A stretch of DNA of 64,000 bases from Eledone cirrhosa (taxonomy: Eukaryota), in assembly GCA_964016885.1 (NCBI GenBank), contig OZ024748.1:11284001-11348000 (forward strand), in the 5' to 3' direction. Numbering within the stretch: the first letter of the stretch is position 1; the number at the start of each line of letters is the position of its first letter. A program made the translations under genes and the position numbers. Below, one piece after another: positions 27,063 through 41,260 of the stretch. The notes below the pieces were generated by a model. It did no database searches and was not told the DNA's origin. It saw only the letters and a program-made list of their open reading frames with translations.

Positions 27063-27639
27063 ATATTTATATATTATATATTATATATATATATTATATA
27101 TTATATATATATATTATATATATATATTATATATATATATTATATATATATATTATATATATATTATATATATATATTATATTTATATATTATATTTATA
27201 TATTATATATATATATTATATATATATATTATATTTATATATTATATATATATATTATATTTATATATTATATATATATATTATATTTATATATTATATA
27301 TATATATTATATTTATATATTATATATTATATATATTATATATATATTATATATATTATATATTATATTATATATATTATATATATATATATATATACAT
27401 TGCGTGATAGAATGGCATTTTAACCTCATTTTTTCTGCCCTGCTGCTTTGGTGATGTTAGTGTTGTTGTTGTTGTTGTTGTTGGTAGTGGTAATGTATTA
27501 GCGGCTGTGTTGTGAATGTTGTTGTTGTTGTTGTTACTGGTGGTGTTGGTGAGAGGGGAGGAGTGATGGTGGTGGTGGTGATAAAAGTAACTGGAAATAA
27601 GGTCAGGTTAGATAGCAAGGTTTTGTCTTTCTGCCTATC

Positions 27640-29510
27640 ACCATAGCCTCCACCACCACCATAGCCTCCACCACCACCATAGCCTCCACCACCACCATAG
27701 CCACCACCACCACCACCATAGCCACCACCACCACCACCACCATAGCCTCCACCACCACCACCATAGCCTCCACCACCACCATAGCCTCCACCACCACCAT
27801 AGCCACCACCACCACCACCACCATAGCCACCACCACCACCACCACCATAGCCTCCACCACCATAGCCTCCACCACCACCATAGCCTCCACCACCACCACC
27901 ATAGCCTCCACCACCACCACCATAGCCTCCACCACCACCACCATAGCCTCCACCACCACCATAGCCACCACCACCACCACCATAGCCTCCACCACCACCA
28001 TAGCCTCCACCACCACCACCATAGCCTCCACCACCACCATAGCCTCCACCACCACCATCGCCCCCACCACCACCATCGCCTCCACCACCACCATCGCCTC
28101 CACCACTACCATAGCCTCCACCACCACCACCATCGCCACCACCACCACCACCATCGCCACCACCACCACCACCATCGCCACCACCACCACCACCATCGCC
28201 ACCACCACCATCGCCACCACCACCACCACCATCGCCACCACCACCACCACCATCGCCTCCACCACCACTACCATCGCCTCCACCACCACCATCGCCTCCA
28301 CCACCACCATCGCCTCCACCACCACCATAGCCTCCACCACCACCATAGCCTCCACCACCACCATCGCCACCACCACCACCATCGCCACCACCACTACTAT
28401 TGCTACCACCACCACCACCACCACTACCACTACCACCACCACTGTCGCCAACGCCACCACCATCACCACTATTGCTCCCACCACTGCTACTACCACCACT
28501 ACTGCCGCCACCACCACCACCACTACTGCTACTACCACCATCGCCACCACCACTACTGCTGCCACCACCACCACCACCACTACTGCTACTACCACCACCA
28601 CCACCACCATTACTGCCGCCACCACCACCACCACTACTGCCACCACCACCACCACTACCATCACCACCACCAGCACCACTACTACCACCACCACCACTAC
28701 TACCACCACCACCACCACTGCCACCACCACCACCACCACCACCACCACCACTACTGCTACCACCACCACCACCACCACTACTACCACCACCACCACCAGC
28801 ACCACTACTACCACCACCACCACCACTGCTACCACCACCACCACCACCACTGCTACTACCACCACCACCACCACTGCTGCTACTACCACCACCAGCACCA
28901 CTACCACCACCACCACCACCGCTACCACCACCACCACTGCTACCACCACCACCACCACCACTACCACCACCACCACCACTACCACCACCACCACCACCAC
29001 CACCACCACCACCACCACCACCACCACCACCACTACCACCACCACCACCACCACCACCACCACCACCACTACCACTACCACCACCACCACCACCACCACC
29101 AGCACCACTACCACCACCAGCACCACTACCACCACCACCACCACCACCACCAGCACCACTACCACCACCGCTACTACCACCAGCACCACTACCACCACCA
29201 CCACCACCACCACCACCACCACTACCACCACCACCACCACCACCACTACCACCACCACCACCACCACCACCACCACCAGCACCACTACCACCACCACTAC
29301 CACCACCAGCACCACTACCACCACCACCACCACCACCACCACCACCACTACCACCACCACTGCTACTACCACCACCACCACTACCACCACCACTACCACC
29401 GCTACCACCACCACCACCACCACTACCACCACCACTGCTACTACCACCACCACCACCACCACCACCACCACTACCACCACCACTACCACCACCACCACCA
29501 CCACTGCTGC
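27640..29510. repeat. ~1.9 kb (CCA)n-based triplet tract
   Basis: Visible directly; left half has a higher-order ccaccatagcct unit. Confidence 0.95.
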
Positions 29511-29747
29511 AGTGAGATGTTGTGTAATATTTAGAGTTGTGTATTTATATAGAAAAAGGAGTTTTTGCTTGTACATATATCTGCATATGTATGTATGTAT
29601 AATGTAAACTTGTGTGTGTGTGTGTATAATGCAAGAATGAATATATATATATATATAAACACCACTCTCTCTCTCTTATATATATATATATATATAAAGT
29701 GTTTGCAATATGGAGGCTGGGGAAGACCACAGATCAGGGTAATACTG

Positions 29748-29786
<39 letters not shown>

Positions 29787-29799
29787 AGACACAGACACA

Positions 29800-29849
<50 letters not shown>

Positions 29850-29994
29850 GGGTGGTTTGTCAAGCTTGAGAAATCATCAAAGAAGCCAGTCAAATATAGA
29901 AATGATGTAAAGTCTAAGAATTCTGTTGAAAATTGAAGGGGAAATTATTATATATTTCATATATCATGATAATCCATCATTTAACCCTTTAGCA

Positions 29995-30630
29995 TTTACA
30001 TTACTCTATATTTACTATTGTATTTTCACAGTAAAGGCTTTACCTCACATAATATCTCACATAACATTTACATTACTCTATATTTACTATTATATTTTCA
30101 TGGTAAAGGCTTTACCTCACATAATATCTCACATAACATTTACATTACTCTATATTTACTATTGTATTTTCATAGTAAAGGCTTTACCTCACATAATATC
30201 TCACATAACATTTACATTACTCTATATTTACTATTGTATTTTCATAGTAAAGGCTTTACCTCACATAATATCTCACATAACATTTACATTACTCTATATT
30301 TACTATTGTATTTTCATAGTAAAGGCTTTACCTCACATAATATCTCGCATAACATTTACATTACTCTATATTTACTATTATTTTTTCATGGTAAAGGCTT
30401 TACCTTACCTAATATCTCCCATAACATTTACATTACTCTATATTTACTATTGTATTTTCATAGTAAAGGCTTTAGCTCACATATCTCACATAACATTTAC
30501 ATTACTCTATATTTACTATTATATTTTCATGGTAAGGACTTTACCTCACATAATATCTCACATAACATTTACATTACTCTATATTTACTATTGTATTTTC
30601 ACAGTAAAGGCTTTACCTCACATAATATCG
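29995..30630. repeat. 69-bp tandem repeat (~9 copies) inside a piggyBac-type MITE
   Basis: catttacattactctatatttactat...gctttacctcacataatatctcacataa; MITE termini flank the array. Confidence 0.93.
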
Positions 30631-30924
30631 AATCTAGGAGATTTTGATATTATTTATTTTGAGAACAATACCTTAACATAAGTATGAGTGGCTAGTTATG
30701 GCCAGTTTGAACAGAAAGAGGTGAGAGAATTCTGGCCGGATATGGCTGGTTTAACTGCTAAAGAGTTAATGTCTATTTTCTTTGTGAGCAAGTGTTGAAC
30801 GGGTGCATTTTATTGTGGCACCAACACTAGGGAGATTGTCATGTCTTTGACACAACAGAAGAGTCCTTCTTGATCCTTGGTTTGGCAGGTTTTCTATGCC
30901 TTGATGTCCTTCCTACCACCAACC

Positions 30925-31530
30925 ATTGGTGGTGATGGAGTGTGTGGTGGTGCTTGTGGTGTGGATGGTTGTTGTGTATGGTGGTGCTGGTGGGGGTGAT
31001 GGTTGTGGTGAGGGTGGAATGTGGGTGGTTGTGGAGATGGATGTAGTGGTGGTGGTGATAGTTGTGGTGGGGGTGGAGTGTGGGTGGTTGTGGTGGGGGT
31101 GGAGTGTATGGTGGTGGTGGAGATGGTTGTGGTGGGGGTGGAGTGGGTGGTTGTGCTGGTGGTGGTGATGGTTGTGGTGGGGGTGGAGTGTGTGGTTGTG
31201 GTTTTGGGTGGAGTGTATGGTGGTGATGGTTGTGGTGGGGGTGGAGTGTGGGTGGTTGTGGTGTTGTGTGGGTGGTGGTGGATGGTGGTGATGGTGGGTG
31301 TGGGAGTGGTTTTGGTTGATGCTGGAGCATGTAGTGGTGGTGATTGTGTTGGAGGTGCGGGCTGGTTGTGGTGGTGATGTGGTGATGTTGGTGGTAGTGT
31401 TGTTGATTGTGGTGATGGAAGTTGTGGTGGGCATAGGGGTAGCTTTGATTGATGCAGGAATGTGTAGTGGTGGTGGAGGTGTCTGTTGTAGTGGTTAATA
31501 GTGGTGGTGGTGGGGATGGTTGATGGTAAA
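30925..31530. repeat. Degenerate (TGG)n tract
   Basis: Visible directly. Confidence 0.85.
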
Positions 31531-31965
31531 TTGTGAGGAATTTACTTTGGATATTCTATTCTAATGCTTGAAGAAATTCCAGTGTGACTCTGTTGTTGGC
31601 GGCAACATTAACAAAGGTAGATCTAATGTAATGAGAGGGTGTGTTGTACTGTGTGACAACAACAGCAACAACAACATTAACAATACTGATATAAGGGTTG
31701 GCGGTGAGGGACAAAGATTTTTGGAAGAATTGAAAAATAATCTGGTCTGGTCTTCAGAGCTTTTTCTTTCATTGAAATATTTATGAAATAAATCAATGTG
31801 TCCCTCTCTGTTTTAGCTATCTGTCTGTCTATCTGTATAATTCTCTCTCTTTCTCCTCCCATCTCCCTTGCTACCATCTCTCTCTCTCCCTCTTATCTAC
31901 TAATCTGTCAATCCATATTCAAAGTTTGTCTGTCTATCTATCTATCTATCTGTCTGTCTGCCTGA

Positions 31966-32031
<66 letters not shown>

Positions 32032-32033
32032 GA

Positions 32034-32970
32034 CCGAAAACGATGGGCGCCTGGCACATTGAATGCGCTCAGGCGCTCACAGTCCTCTGGCAAGCGGGCG
32101 CAGCAATCAGTGGAGACTCCACTTCGACATTCTATAGAGGGATTGTACGTTACAAGGGTGACGATGTGCTCGGAGAGACTCTGGGCGTCGAAGACGATGA
32201 GCTCACCAGTCTGTTTGGTAGGACTTTCCGCCCGGGACCTATGGACAACTTCAAGAGGTCCCTGGCAGTGCTACCGAGGAGCTCTACTGGTTCGTGACAA
32301 GATCTACAGGCACGGACGCCCCAGCAGGGATCCTTCCAAGATGCGCGCAGGACATTGAAACAGTCCTGCATGCAATTGTACACTGCCGGGGCATAACCAA
32401 CCTGTGGAACTATGCAGAACAACTGTTGTTGCGTATGGGACAAATCCAGTTGACTGCCGAGTCCATGCCAGCCTCTTTCAAAAACGAAAGAGAGGCTGTT
32501 TTCCTCTGTACGGTGGCTATGGTGAAAGAAGTTATATGGTGGACGAGGTTGAGAGGACTGAGGACAGATGCCTTTCTCTCCGGACAACAATTGATTCCCT
32601 TCTTTAAGTATCACTTTAGAAGGAGAATCAGGGTGGAGAGAGAGGCACTGCACCCCAGTAAATTTACTGAAAGGTGGGTGAATGAAGCGAAAATGGCCCG
32701 AGTGATTGGGCCTTCTCTGTTTATAAGCTTGTAGGTTGAAGAAGAGAGCAAAAGGAAGAAAGGAGCACTTGCACAACACGCTCCTGGAGTTGAGGTTTGT
32801 TCTATCGACGGGGTATTAAACAACCCATTTGTGACGCCTCCCCCCTATTGGGGATTTCGATTGTTGTAATTGTTTGTTTTTATATTTTTTACACGACTAT
32901 GTAAAATCCCTGGCATGTCTTTGTATTGTCCCCTTTTCTTGTGCGCCCTTGTGGCTAATAAAGAAATATA
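32034..32970 (+). mobile_element. L1/Tx1-like non-LTR retrotransposon 3' fragment (zf-RVT CCHC region), frameshifted; partial 3' UTR duplicate at ~33045-33270
   Basis: Across three frames: FYRGI...DNFKRSLA/WQCYRGALLVRDKIYRHG/PRCAQDIETVLHAIVHC..W; 3' end aataaagaaata followed by (TATC/TGTC)n. Confidence 0.8.
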
Positions 32971-33498
32971 TCTATCTGTCTGTCTGTCTGTCTTTTCTGT
33001 CTATCAATCTATCTATCTGTCTATATATCCATCTCTCCCTATGTCTAAAGGAGGAAAGGAGCACTTGCACAACACGCACCTGAAGTTGTGGGTTGTTCTA
33101 TCTACGGGGTATTAAACAACCCATTTGTGGTGCCTCCCCCCCTGTTGGGATTTCAATTGTTAAATTTGTTTGTTTCAATATTTTTACACGATTGTATGTA
33201 AAATCCCCAGCATGTGTCCTTGTTTTGTCCCCTTTTCTTGTACGCCCTTGTGGCTAATAAAGAAATATATCTATCTATCTACCCCTATCTATCTATCTAT
33301 CTATCTATACACCTCTATCTATCTATCTATACACCTCTATCTATCTATCTATCTATCCCTACCTACCTCTCCCTATATCTATCTATCTTCTTTCCTTCCA
33401 CCCCCTTCTTTTTCTCACAGAATCAGTAACTGAAACAAGAACATTTTATGTCTGCAAAGGATTGTTATGGTAACGGTTGGCTGGGTGTGTAATGTGAG

Positions 33499-33536
<38 letters not shown>

Positions 33537-34431
33537 AGAGAGGGTGGTGGGGGTTAGTTGTCTTTTAGTCTTTTAGTTTAGGTATTGAGTATATTGGGTA
33601 CTGGCTGGCCTGGCCAGGTGGGATAAGGGTGCAGTTAACCTGACATAAAATTTCCTGTGGCCAGTAGCAGCACCTGGAGCCCTGCCTTAGGTAGTTTTAG
33701 CTAATCATATCAACACCAGTACTTATTTTATCAATTTCAGTTTGTCGAACTGCTACATAATGGTACATAAACAAACAGTAAATGTAAACACAGATATGGA
33801 CAACAACAACAACAATAACAATAATAATAATAATGGTTTTTGATTTAGGCACGAGGCCAGTAATTTTGGTGGAGAGGAAAGATGATTAAATCGACCCAAG
33901 TGCATTACTGGTACTTTATTTTATTGACCCTGTAAGGATGAAAGGCAAAGCTGACTTCAGCGGGATTTGATAGATATTAATAATGGTATATAATAATTTT
34001 TATGCAGGGGTTCCCTGAGATATGAAAGCTACTTCAAGGGTTCCATATGGGTAAAAAGGTTGAGGAATGCTGCTGTAGGGTATGATTTGACTGTTATTTC
34101 TAGCATCTTGATTAGAAGCTCTTCCTGTGTGTATTTCATCATATACTGTTGAATTGATAAGGTACATAACAAGTGACTCATCAGCCATGAGTTCATATCC
34201 TATTAAAGGTGTGCTCTCCTATATAATTTTCTAATTCATGATTCGTGAGGGTATATCATATACTAATTTACATGGTTCTTGAGGCTATCTATATACTAAT
34301 TACTGGTGTGTCATTGTTTTCTAAGCCAGGTAATACATTTATCTATCTTAGTCTGCTTGGTGAAATAATATATGATAGTTCATTTGGAGAAAATTCTATT
34401 TTTTTTCTACTGTTTAATCAGGGATGGAAGG

Positions 34432-34900
34432 GCAGGGCCTCTGAAACTGGAGGAAGGGCAGTGGCTATGACATTTTTCAGGGCCTCTGAAACTGGAGGAA
34501 GAGAAGGGCAGTGGCTATGACATTTTTCAGGGCCTCTGAAACTGGAGGAAGAGAAGGGCAGTGGTTATGACATTTTTCAGGGCCTCTGAAACTGGAGGAA
34601 GAGAAGGGCAGTGGTTATGACATTTTTCAGGGCCTCTGAAACTGGAGGAAGAGAAGGGCAGTGGTTATGACATTTTTTCAGGGCCTCTGAGACTGGAGGA
34701 AGAGAAGGGCAGTGGTTATGACATTTTTCAGGGCCTCTGAAACTGGAGGAAGAGAAGGGCAGTGGTTATGACATTTTTTCAGGGCCTCTGAGACTGGAGG
34801 AAGAGAAGGGCAGTGGCTATGACATTTTTCAGGGCCTCTGAGACTGAAGGAAGGGAAAGATGGTGTCCATGATCCTTTTAAGAGCCTCTGAGACAGGTGA
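34432..34900. repeat. 50-bp minisatellite, ~9 copies
   Basis: cagggcctctgaaactggaggaagagaagggcagtggttatgacattttt. Confidence 0.94.
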
Positions 34901-37464
34901 GAGGGATAAAGGTCTTTTCAAACCGGAGACATTACTCAAAATGCTTGCAGCAAAGGTTGACTCCACTAAAAGCCCCCATGGGATCAGGTGGTGGTGTTAA
35001 CCTGGGCGATATTTCAAGTCCATCACACATGTAAATCAGAGAAGAATTTGGATACAATGAGTCAGAAGAAATTCTGCAAGACATTTCTTGTGAACCTTTT
35101 GCAATTCCACCAGTTCATTACCCTGGGCTTTGGACTTAATCCCAAGACCCTATGGGAGGTGTGTCTGCAGACTCTTCCTCCATAGCCTTCTCAGGAATAA
35201 GTGGGTGAAGGAGGAAAGAAAAACACAAGCTCTCTCTTTATATAAAGTGGTTGTGTAGGTATCACAACAAAAACCACCCAGTCCACACTGCAAAGTGGTC
35301 ATGTAGGTGTCACAACAAAAAGCACCCAGTCCACACTGCAAAGTGGTCATGTAGGTGTCACAACAAAAAGCACCCAGTCCACCCTATAAATGTGGTTGGC
35401 ATTAGGAAGGGCATCTAGCCATAGAAACCAAGCTAAAATCAGTTCTGTATGAGAAAGACGTGGGCGGTCATCTGAACTGGCTTATCTTGCAACAGGACAA
35501 CCCGTCTAATCCATGCTATTGTGGAAAAATAGACATTAAACGGTGATGATGATGTCTTCTGAACAGTTTCTCTCCACCAAGTTTGACTTAGAACATGTTG
35601 GATAGCCTGAGAATACAGCTGAAGTCACTTATCCAGGGTGCTGTGTATTGGGATGGAACCTTGAAACATGTGGTTTTCATGTGGACCTTGTAGCTAAACA
35701 GTCATGCCTGCACTTTTCTGCATATATATATAAAATTAGACCCCCCCCCCCCCCCCACCAATAATAAGATTTTATTTGAATTTATCCTGTTGTGAATAAT
35801 TGTGAGTTTAAAAACAAAAATGAGGAAGAGAAATAGGTTATCTAAAGAGAAAGGGTGTGTTTATTAAATCTCCAGTTTCTGATACAGTGAACATTTACTT
35901 TTATCTTAGAATATTTATTACCCTCACATGGAGATATATGAAAGTTTCTGTTGAAATCACATTCTTTTCTTTAATATATAGAACAATATATATTCTTTCT
36001 ATGTTAATATACTTGTCATGAGGTCCTTTTTTGTGAGGTATTGTTGTTTTATGTTTTAATGGCTGGATACCTTTCCTGGGGGTCAACTCTTTTAGTTGCT
36101 TCTTATTACAGGGAGAAACAGATATGGTGTACAGAGAGAGAGAGAGAGAGATGGTGCAGAGAGAGAAAGATGGTGTACAGAGAGAGAGAGAGACAGATAT
36201 GGTGTACAGAGACAGAGAGAGATATGGTGTACAGAGAGAGAGAGAGATGGTGTACAGAGAGAGAGAGAGAGAGAGAGTCAGACATATGGTACAGAGAGAG
36301 AGAGAGGAAGATGGTGTACCTATTCTAAACCAGAGTTCACAGTGGAAGGAAGCTGCAGTAGAGGAAGACCAAGGATGACTTGGGCAGAAGTAGTGAGAAA
36401 GGATCTCAAAAGATACTGTTGAATCTGAGAAATGGGATGATGGAGGGAAACCACGCTGGAAAAGCAGACTGTAAGATGAAACAAATGGCACATGATAGGG
36501 AAAAAACAGAGAAGCTACTGTCTGTCTGTCTGTCTGGCTGCCTGTCAGCCTGCCTGCCTGTCTGCCTGTCTGCCTGTCTGCCTGTCTGCCTGTCTGCCTG
36601 TCTGCCTGCCTGCCTGCCTGTCTGTCTGTCTGCCTGTCTGCCTGTCTGTCTGTCAGAGGTATTCAGTGTTTTAGCCATAAAACCATTATATAATCTAATA
36701 GCTACATTATCTGGTGTGGGATTTTCTCATTAATCAACTTCCCATCTCTTGCAGATGTTTTCCTCCTAATTAATATTTCATATACTATCTAATTGTAGTT
36801 TTATTATTTTAATTATTGTTGTTTTATTGGAGGAAAAACAATGGAAAAAAAATAACACCAGTACTCCCCCCCCCCCCCCAAACCTATGAAATGTATTTTA
36901 AAAAATGAACTCCACCAAAAATAAAACTCCCCAAAAAACCTATGAAATGTATTTTACCCCCCCCCCCCCCCCTATAAAATGTATTTAAAAAAAACAACTT
37001 AGAACCTATGAAATGTATTTTTTAAAAATGACAAGAAAAAAACCGGATTTTCATTGGTTGTATTTGGACCGGATTCTTTAATGTATAAAATATTTTCTGA
37101 GGTGTTGATTGGTTGGTTAATTAATTGATTAATTAGACTAGAAAGTGAATTTTGTGGTGTACAGTCTGAGTTCAAATCCCTCCGAGGTTAACTTTGCCTT
37201 TCATCCTTACGGGGGTCGATAAAATAAAGTACCAGTAATACACTGGGGTAGTTGCTGGTCTTGTGCCTAAAATAGAAACATTTTGGGAGTATCGGTAGAG
37301 GGTCGGACGCCATGCTTTCCAGCACAGTTACGTCCCTTTACGTCCCGAGTTCAAATCCCGCCGAGGTTGACTTTGCCTTTCATCCTTACGTGGGTCGATA
37401 AAATAAAGTACCGGTAATACACTGGGGTAATTGCTGGCCTTGTGCCTAAAGTAGAAACAATTAT

Positions 37465-37795
37465 TATTATTGTCATCATCATCACTATTGTCACCGTAGT
37501 CGTCATTGCTATCATCATCATCATAATCGTTATCGTCATCATCATCACCATTATCATCACAATCATCATCATCATTATTATCATCATCATTATCATCATC
37601 ATCATTATCATTATCATTATCATCATCATTATCATAATCATTATCGTCTTCATCATAATCATCATAATCATCATCATTATCGTCATCATCATTATCGTCA
37701 TCATCATTATCGTCTTTATCATCATTATCGTCTTTATCATCATTATCGTCTTTATCATCATCATCATCATTATCGTTATCATCATTATCATTGTT
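37465..37795. repeat. Degenerate (ATC)n tract extending from a SINE tail
   Basis: Visible directly. Confidence 0.9.
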
Positions 37796-38341
37796 TTTCG
37801 TCTATTTGTCCATGCTGTCATGGAGTTGGATGTGTTTTCTATGAAATAGTGTCCTATAACCAATTGCCCTGCTTCAGTTGGTTTCATTAAAGAATTGATT
37901 AATTAATTAAAGGAAAGGACTATAAATGCCATAAATGAGAAGAAAAGGATGGAAAGAGCAAGGATTATTAGGCAACAGAAGAAAGAGAGGGGTAAGGGGA
38001 GAGGTTGATACTTTACAGGATAGACTGAGATAATGGGCTTCGACATAGTTCCTGTTTGCCAAATGTCACTCCCAGGGCATTGGTTAGTCTGAAGCTATAG
38101 TAGAAGACTAAAGTGTTTTGAAGTGGACCAAGGAATATGATATCCAATGGGAACTGACATTTTTAAAAGTAGAACATTATTTAATCCTTTATCATTCAAA
38201 CCAGTTGTATCTGCCAGAATTTTCTCACCTCTTTCTGTTCAAACTGGCCATAACTGACCACTCATACTAATGTTAAGGTATTGTTCTTAAAATAAATAAT
38301 ATAAAAATCTCATAGATTCGATATTACATGAGATAATTATG

Positions 38342-38682
38342 GAGGCACATGGCTTAGTGGTTAGAGCATTGGGCTTGCAATCGAAAGGTTGTGAGTTCAA
38401 TTCTCAGACCGGGTGATGTGTTGTTTCTTTGAGCAAGACACTTTATTTCACATTGCTCCAGTTTACTCAGCTGTAGAAATGAGATGATAGGGACTGGGGT
38501 CCCTATCATTCCACTGTAAAGTGGACGTGTAGGTGCCATGGCAAAAAAGCACCCAGCACTCACTGTAAATGAGGTTGGTGTTAGGAAGGGCATCCAGCTG
38601 TAGAAATAAAGCCAGAATCAGTTCCCGTCCCACCCTTGCAAGCAGAGAAAAGCGGACGTAAAATGAAATGATGATGATGATG
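38342..38682 (+). mobile_element. Same SINE family, inserted inside a piggyBac-type MITE
   Basis: Full head-to-tail copy; 7-bp TSD aattatg (38335-38341, 38683-38689). Confidence 0.9.
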
Positions 38683-39380
38683 AATTATGTGAAAATAGAG
38701 TAATGTAAATGCTAAAGGGTTAAGAGAAAAATTTACTACTATTTCTAGCATATTAGGTATTCACATAGGGTCTCATTTCAATGTTGGTGATATTGCTTAG
38801 TCTAAAGACTGTCCTCATCCAGCAGAATAATTAGCTAATGATCAGACATCCCAACCATGACTATCCTGATAAATTCTTTTCAGACATAGTGACGCTATTT
38901 TTGAGAATGCTATCCAATGCCAGTGTGGAAATTTGAGGTAGATTTTAAAAATCTGCTACTCTTTCTAGCAGGCTAAATGACCACACAGAGAGCCTCTTCT
39001 TGGCTCTGTCTGTGTAATTAGTGGTCACGGTGGTGGTGGGGGTGAGGGGGGGGGGGGTCGGTAGTTGTAATAATAGTATTTTGACTGAAACCTATTTAAC
39101 CTTGCCCTCCTCCTACTTCTCTCCCCCCCCTCTCTCTTTCACTACTGCTTCTTTTTTGTTGGGTATTTGTTCAGCATTGATTGACACTTGGTGTGTGTAG
39201 CTATGTAGTAGTATGTATGTATGTATGTATGTATGTGTTTATATTTGTGCGTGTGTAATGTACTCTGCTCTCTCTGTCTGTCTGCATATGTATGTATGTA
39301 TGTGTGTGTGTGTGTCTGTGTATATATATATATATATATATACAATAAATAAATGGAAACTATATTTATAAAACCATATT

Positions 39381-39446
39381 TATTTTATTATACATATTTC
39401 AAGGGCCACCAAGGCAAATTATGGTGCGCTTTCATCAGATAAAATA
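39381..39446 (-). ncRNA. Putative minimal type I hammerhead ribozyme
   Basis: TATTTTAT-CTGATGA-AAGcgCACCA(loop)TGGTGgccCTT-GAA-ATATGTAT-A-ATAAAATA; perfect 8-bp stem I, short quasi-palindromic stem III. Confidence 0.72.
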
Positions 39447-39516
39447 CAATACAGATTAGTTTTATAAATGAATATTGACAAACCCTGAAAAAAGACAATC
39501 TTAACGGTTGGAGCTT

Positions 39517-39551
<35 letters not shown>

Positions 39552-39570
39552 ATGTATGTATGTATGTATG

Positions 39571-39611
<41 letters not shown>

Positions 39612-39778
39612 ATGTATGTATGTGTATATATATATATATATGTGTGTATGTATGTATGTATATATATATATGTGTGGTGCTATCAAGTAGTCTGGGCCAA
39701 TACTGGCTGAAACCTATCAAAGTTATATATATGTGTATATATGTATATATATATGAATATATATATACATGTATGTAT

Positions 39779-39833
<55 letters not shown>

Positions 39834-40185
39834 TACATGTATGCAAAAAGTAAATGGAATCAACACTTACTCTTAATGTTTATAATATTTCAGGTTTAAC
39901 CTTTGACCCATACATAACTCTCATTTTGCATCTTCTTTGCAAGTATTTGTGTAATAATTCCGGTCATTGGCAATACAATTCAACCAAGTTCCAGTACCAT
40001 AAAAATAACTACGTCTTATATCCCAAACAAACAGAGTGGCCAGTGTTTTTATATTTCTACTTATAATTGTTTCACAATATAGGTAGCATCTAATGTTCAT
40101 TAAGATTACAGTGGGCTGATAAAAAAAAACTATGCATTAATGTTTCACAAACATGGAAGTCATTTTTGGTTTGCTGCGAGACATT

Positions 40186-40968
40186 CATCATCATCATCAT
40201 CATCATCACCGTTTTACGTCCGTTCTTCCACGCTAGCATGGGTTAGACGGGTTGTCCTGTTGTGGGCAGTGTCTGGTCGGCTGACCATGCCTTGCTCATA
40301 CAGGAACTGATCTGGCTTGATTTCTACAGCTGGATGCCCTTCCTAACACCAACCTCATTTACAGTGAGTGCTGGGTGCTTTTTCGTGGCGCCTACACGTC
40401 CACTTTACAGTGTGGGCTGGGTGCTTTTTTGCCGTGGCACCTCCACGACCACCTTGCGGTGGGGGGGGGGGGGCATATTGTTTATATGCTTCAGCATGTA
40501 CCCATGGGAGGTCGGGTACCCTGTATTACTGCGTGACGCCAGAAGTCACGGTCGTGTGTCATTGACTTTGAGAGGTGTAGTTGGGTAAGGTCGGCTTTTA
40601 TCACCTCATCCCAAGTCATCTTGGGTCTCCCCACTCCGCGGTTTCCATCAACTTCTAGTGCTCTGCACCTTTTTATGCAGCTGTCATCCTTCATACGCAT
40701 CACATGTCCATACCAGCGTAACCGCCTCTCCTGCACGCAGCATTTGATTCCTCTTATGCTCAGTCTCTCTCTCAATTCATTTATGCTTTGTCGTTCACGT
40801 ATATTACTGTTACACATCCATCGGAGCATGCAGGCTTCGTTTCTCTCTAATCTACGTAGGTCTTCCACCTTCAGCGCCCAGGTCTCACTACCATGCAACA
40901 TCGCTGTTCGGATACACGCATCATACAGTCTGCCTTTCATTCTGAGGGAGAAGCCTTTTGCAGCTAGC
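40186..40968 (-). mobile_element. Second, shorter 5'-truncated copy of the same RTE LINE
   Basis: Near-identical to 3101-3881; overlapping ORF translations differ at only one visible position. Confidence 0.95.
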
Positions 40969-41260
40969 ATTATTAGTGTATATTTGTTGATAATGTTGAT
41001 TTTCACATAGAGTGAACATTGACATGACCATTCTGCCCTACATTTACATGTCTACATGTGTGCCTTAATGAATGCTGCAGATTTCAAGCCCACTGCAAGG
41101 CTTGATAGATAAGTTTCATGCAAATTTTTACACCTGATTTTTTTCTTCTTTTAGTAAAAAAAAATGCGACATATGTATGAGTATCTATGATATATATTAC
41201 ACTGCTCATTTCTCTGGAGATTCACATACACTTGGAAATTGAATTTTGCTATATTATATA

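Noticed and set aside
27603-29576. 657-aa poly-Val and 371-aa poly-Pro (formin/extensin-like) ORFs
   Set aside because: (CCA)n microsatellite; no splice or domain context
34004-34075. hAT-like terminus (aaaaaggttgaggaatgctg)
   Set aside because: Only one end visible, with no partner TIR or TSD; too weak to call an element
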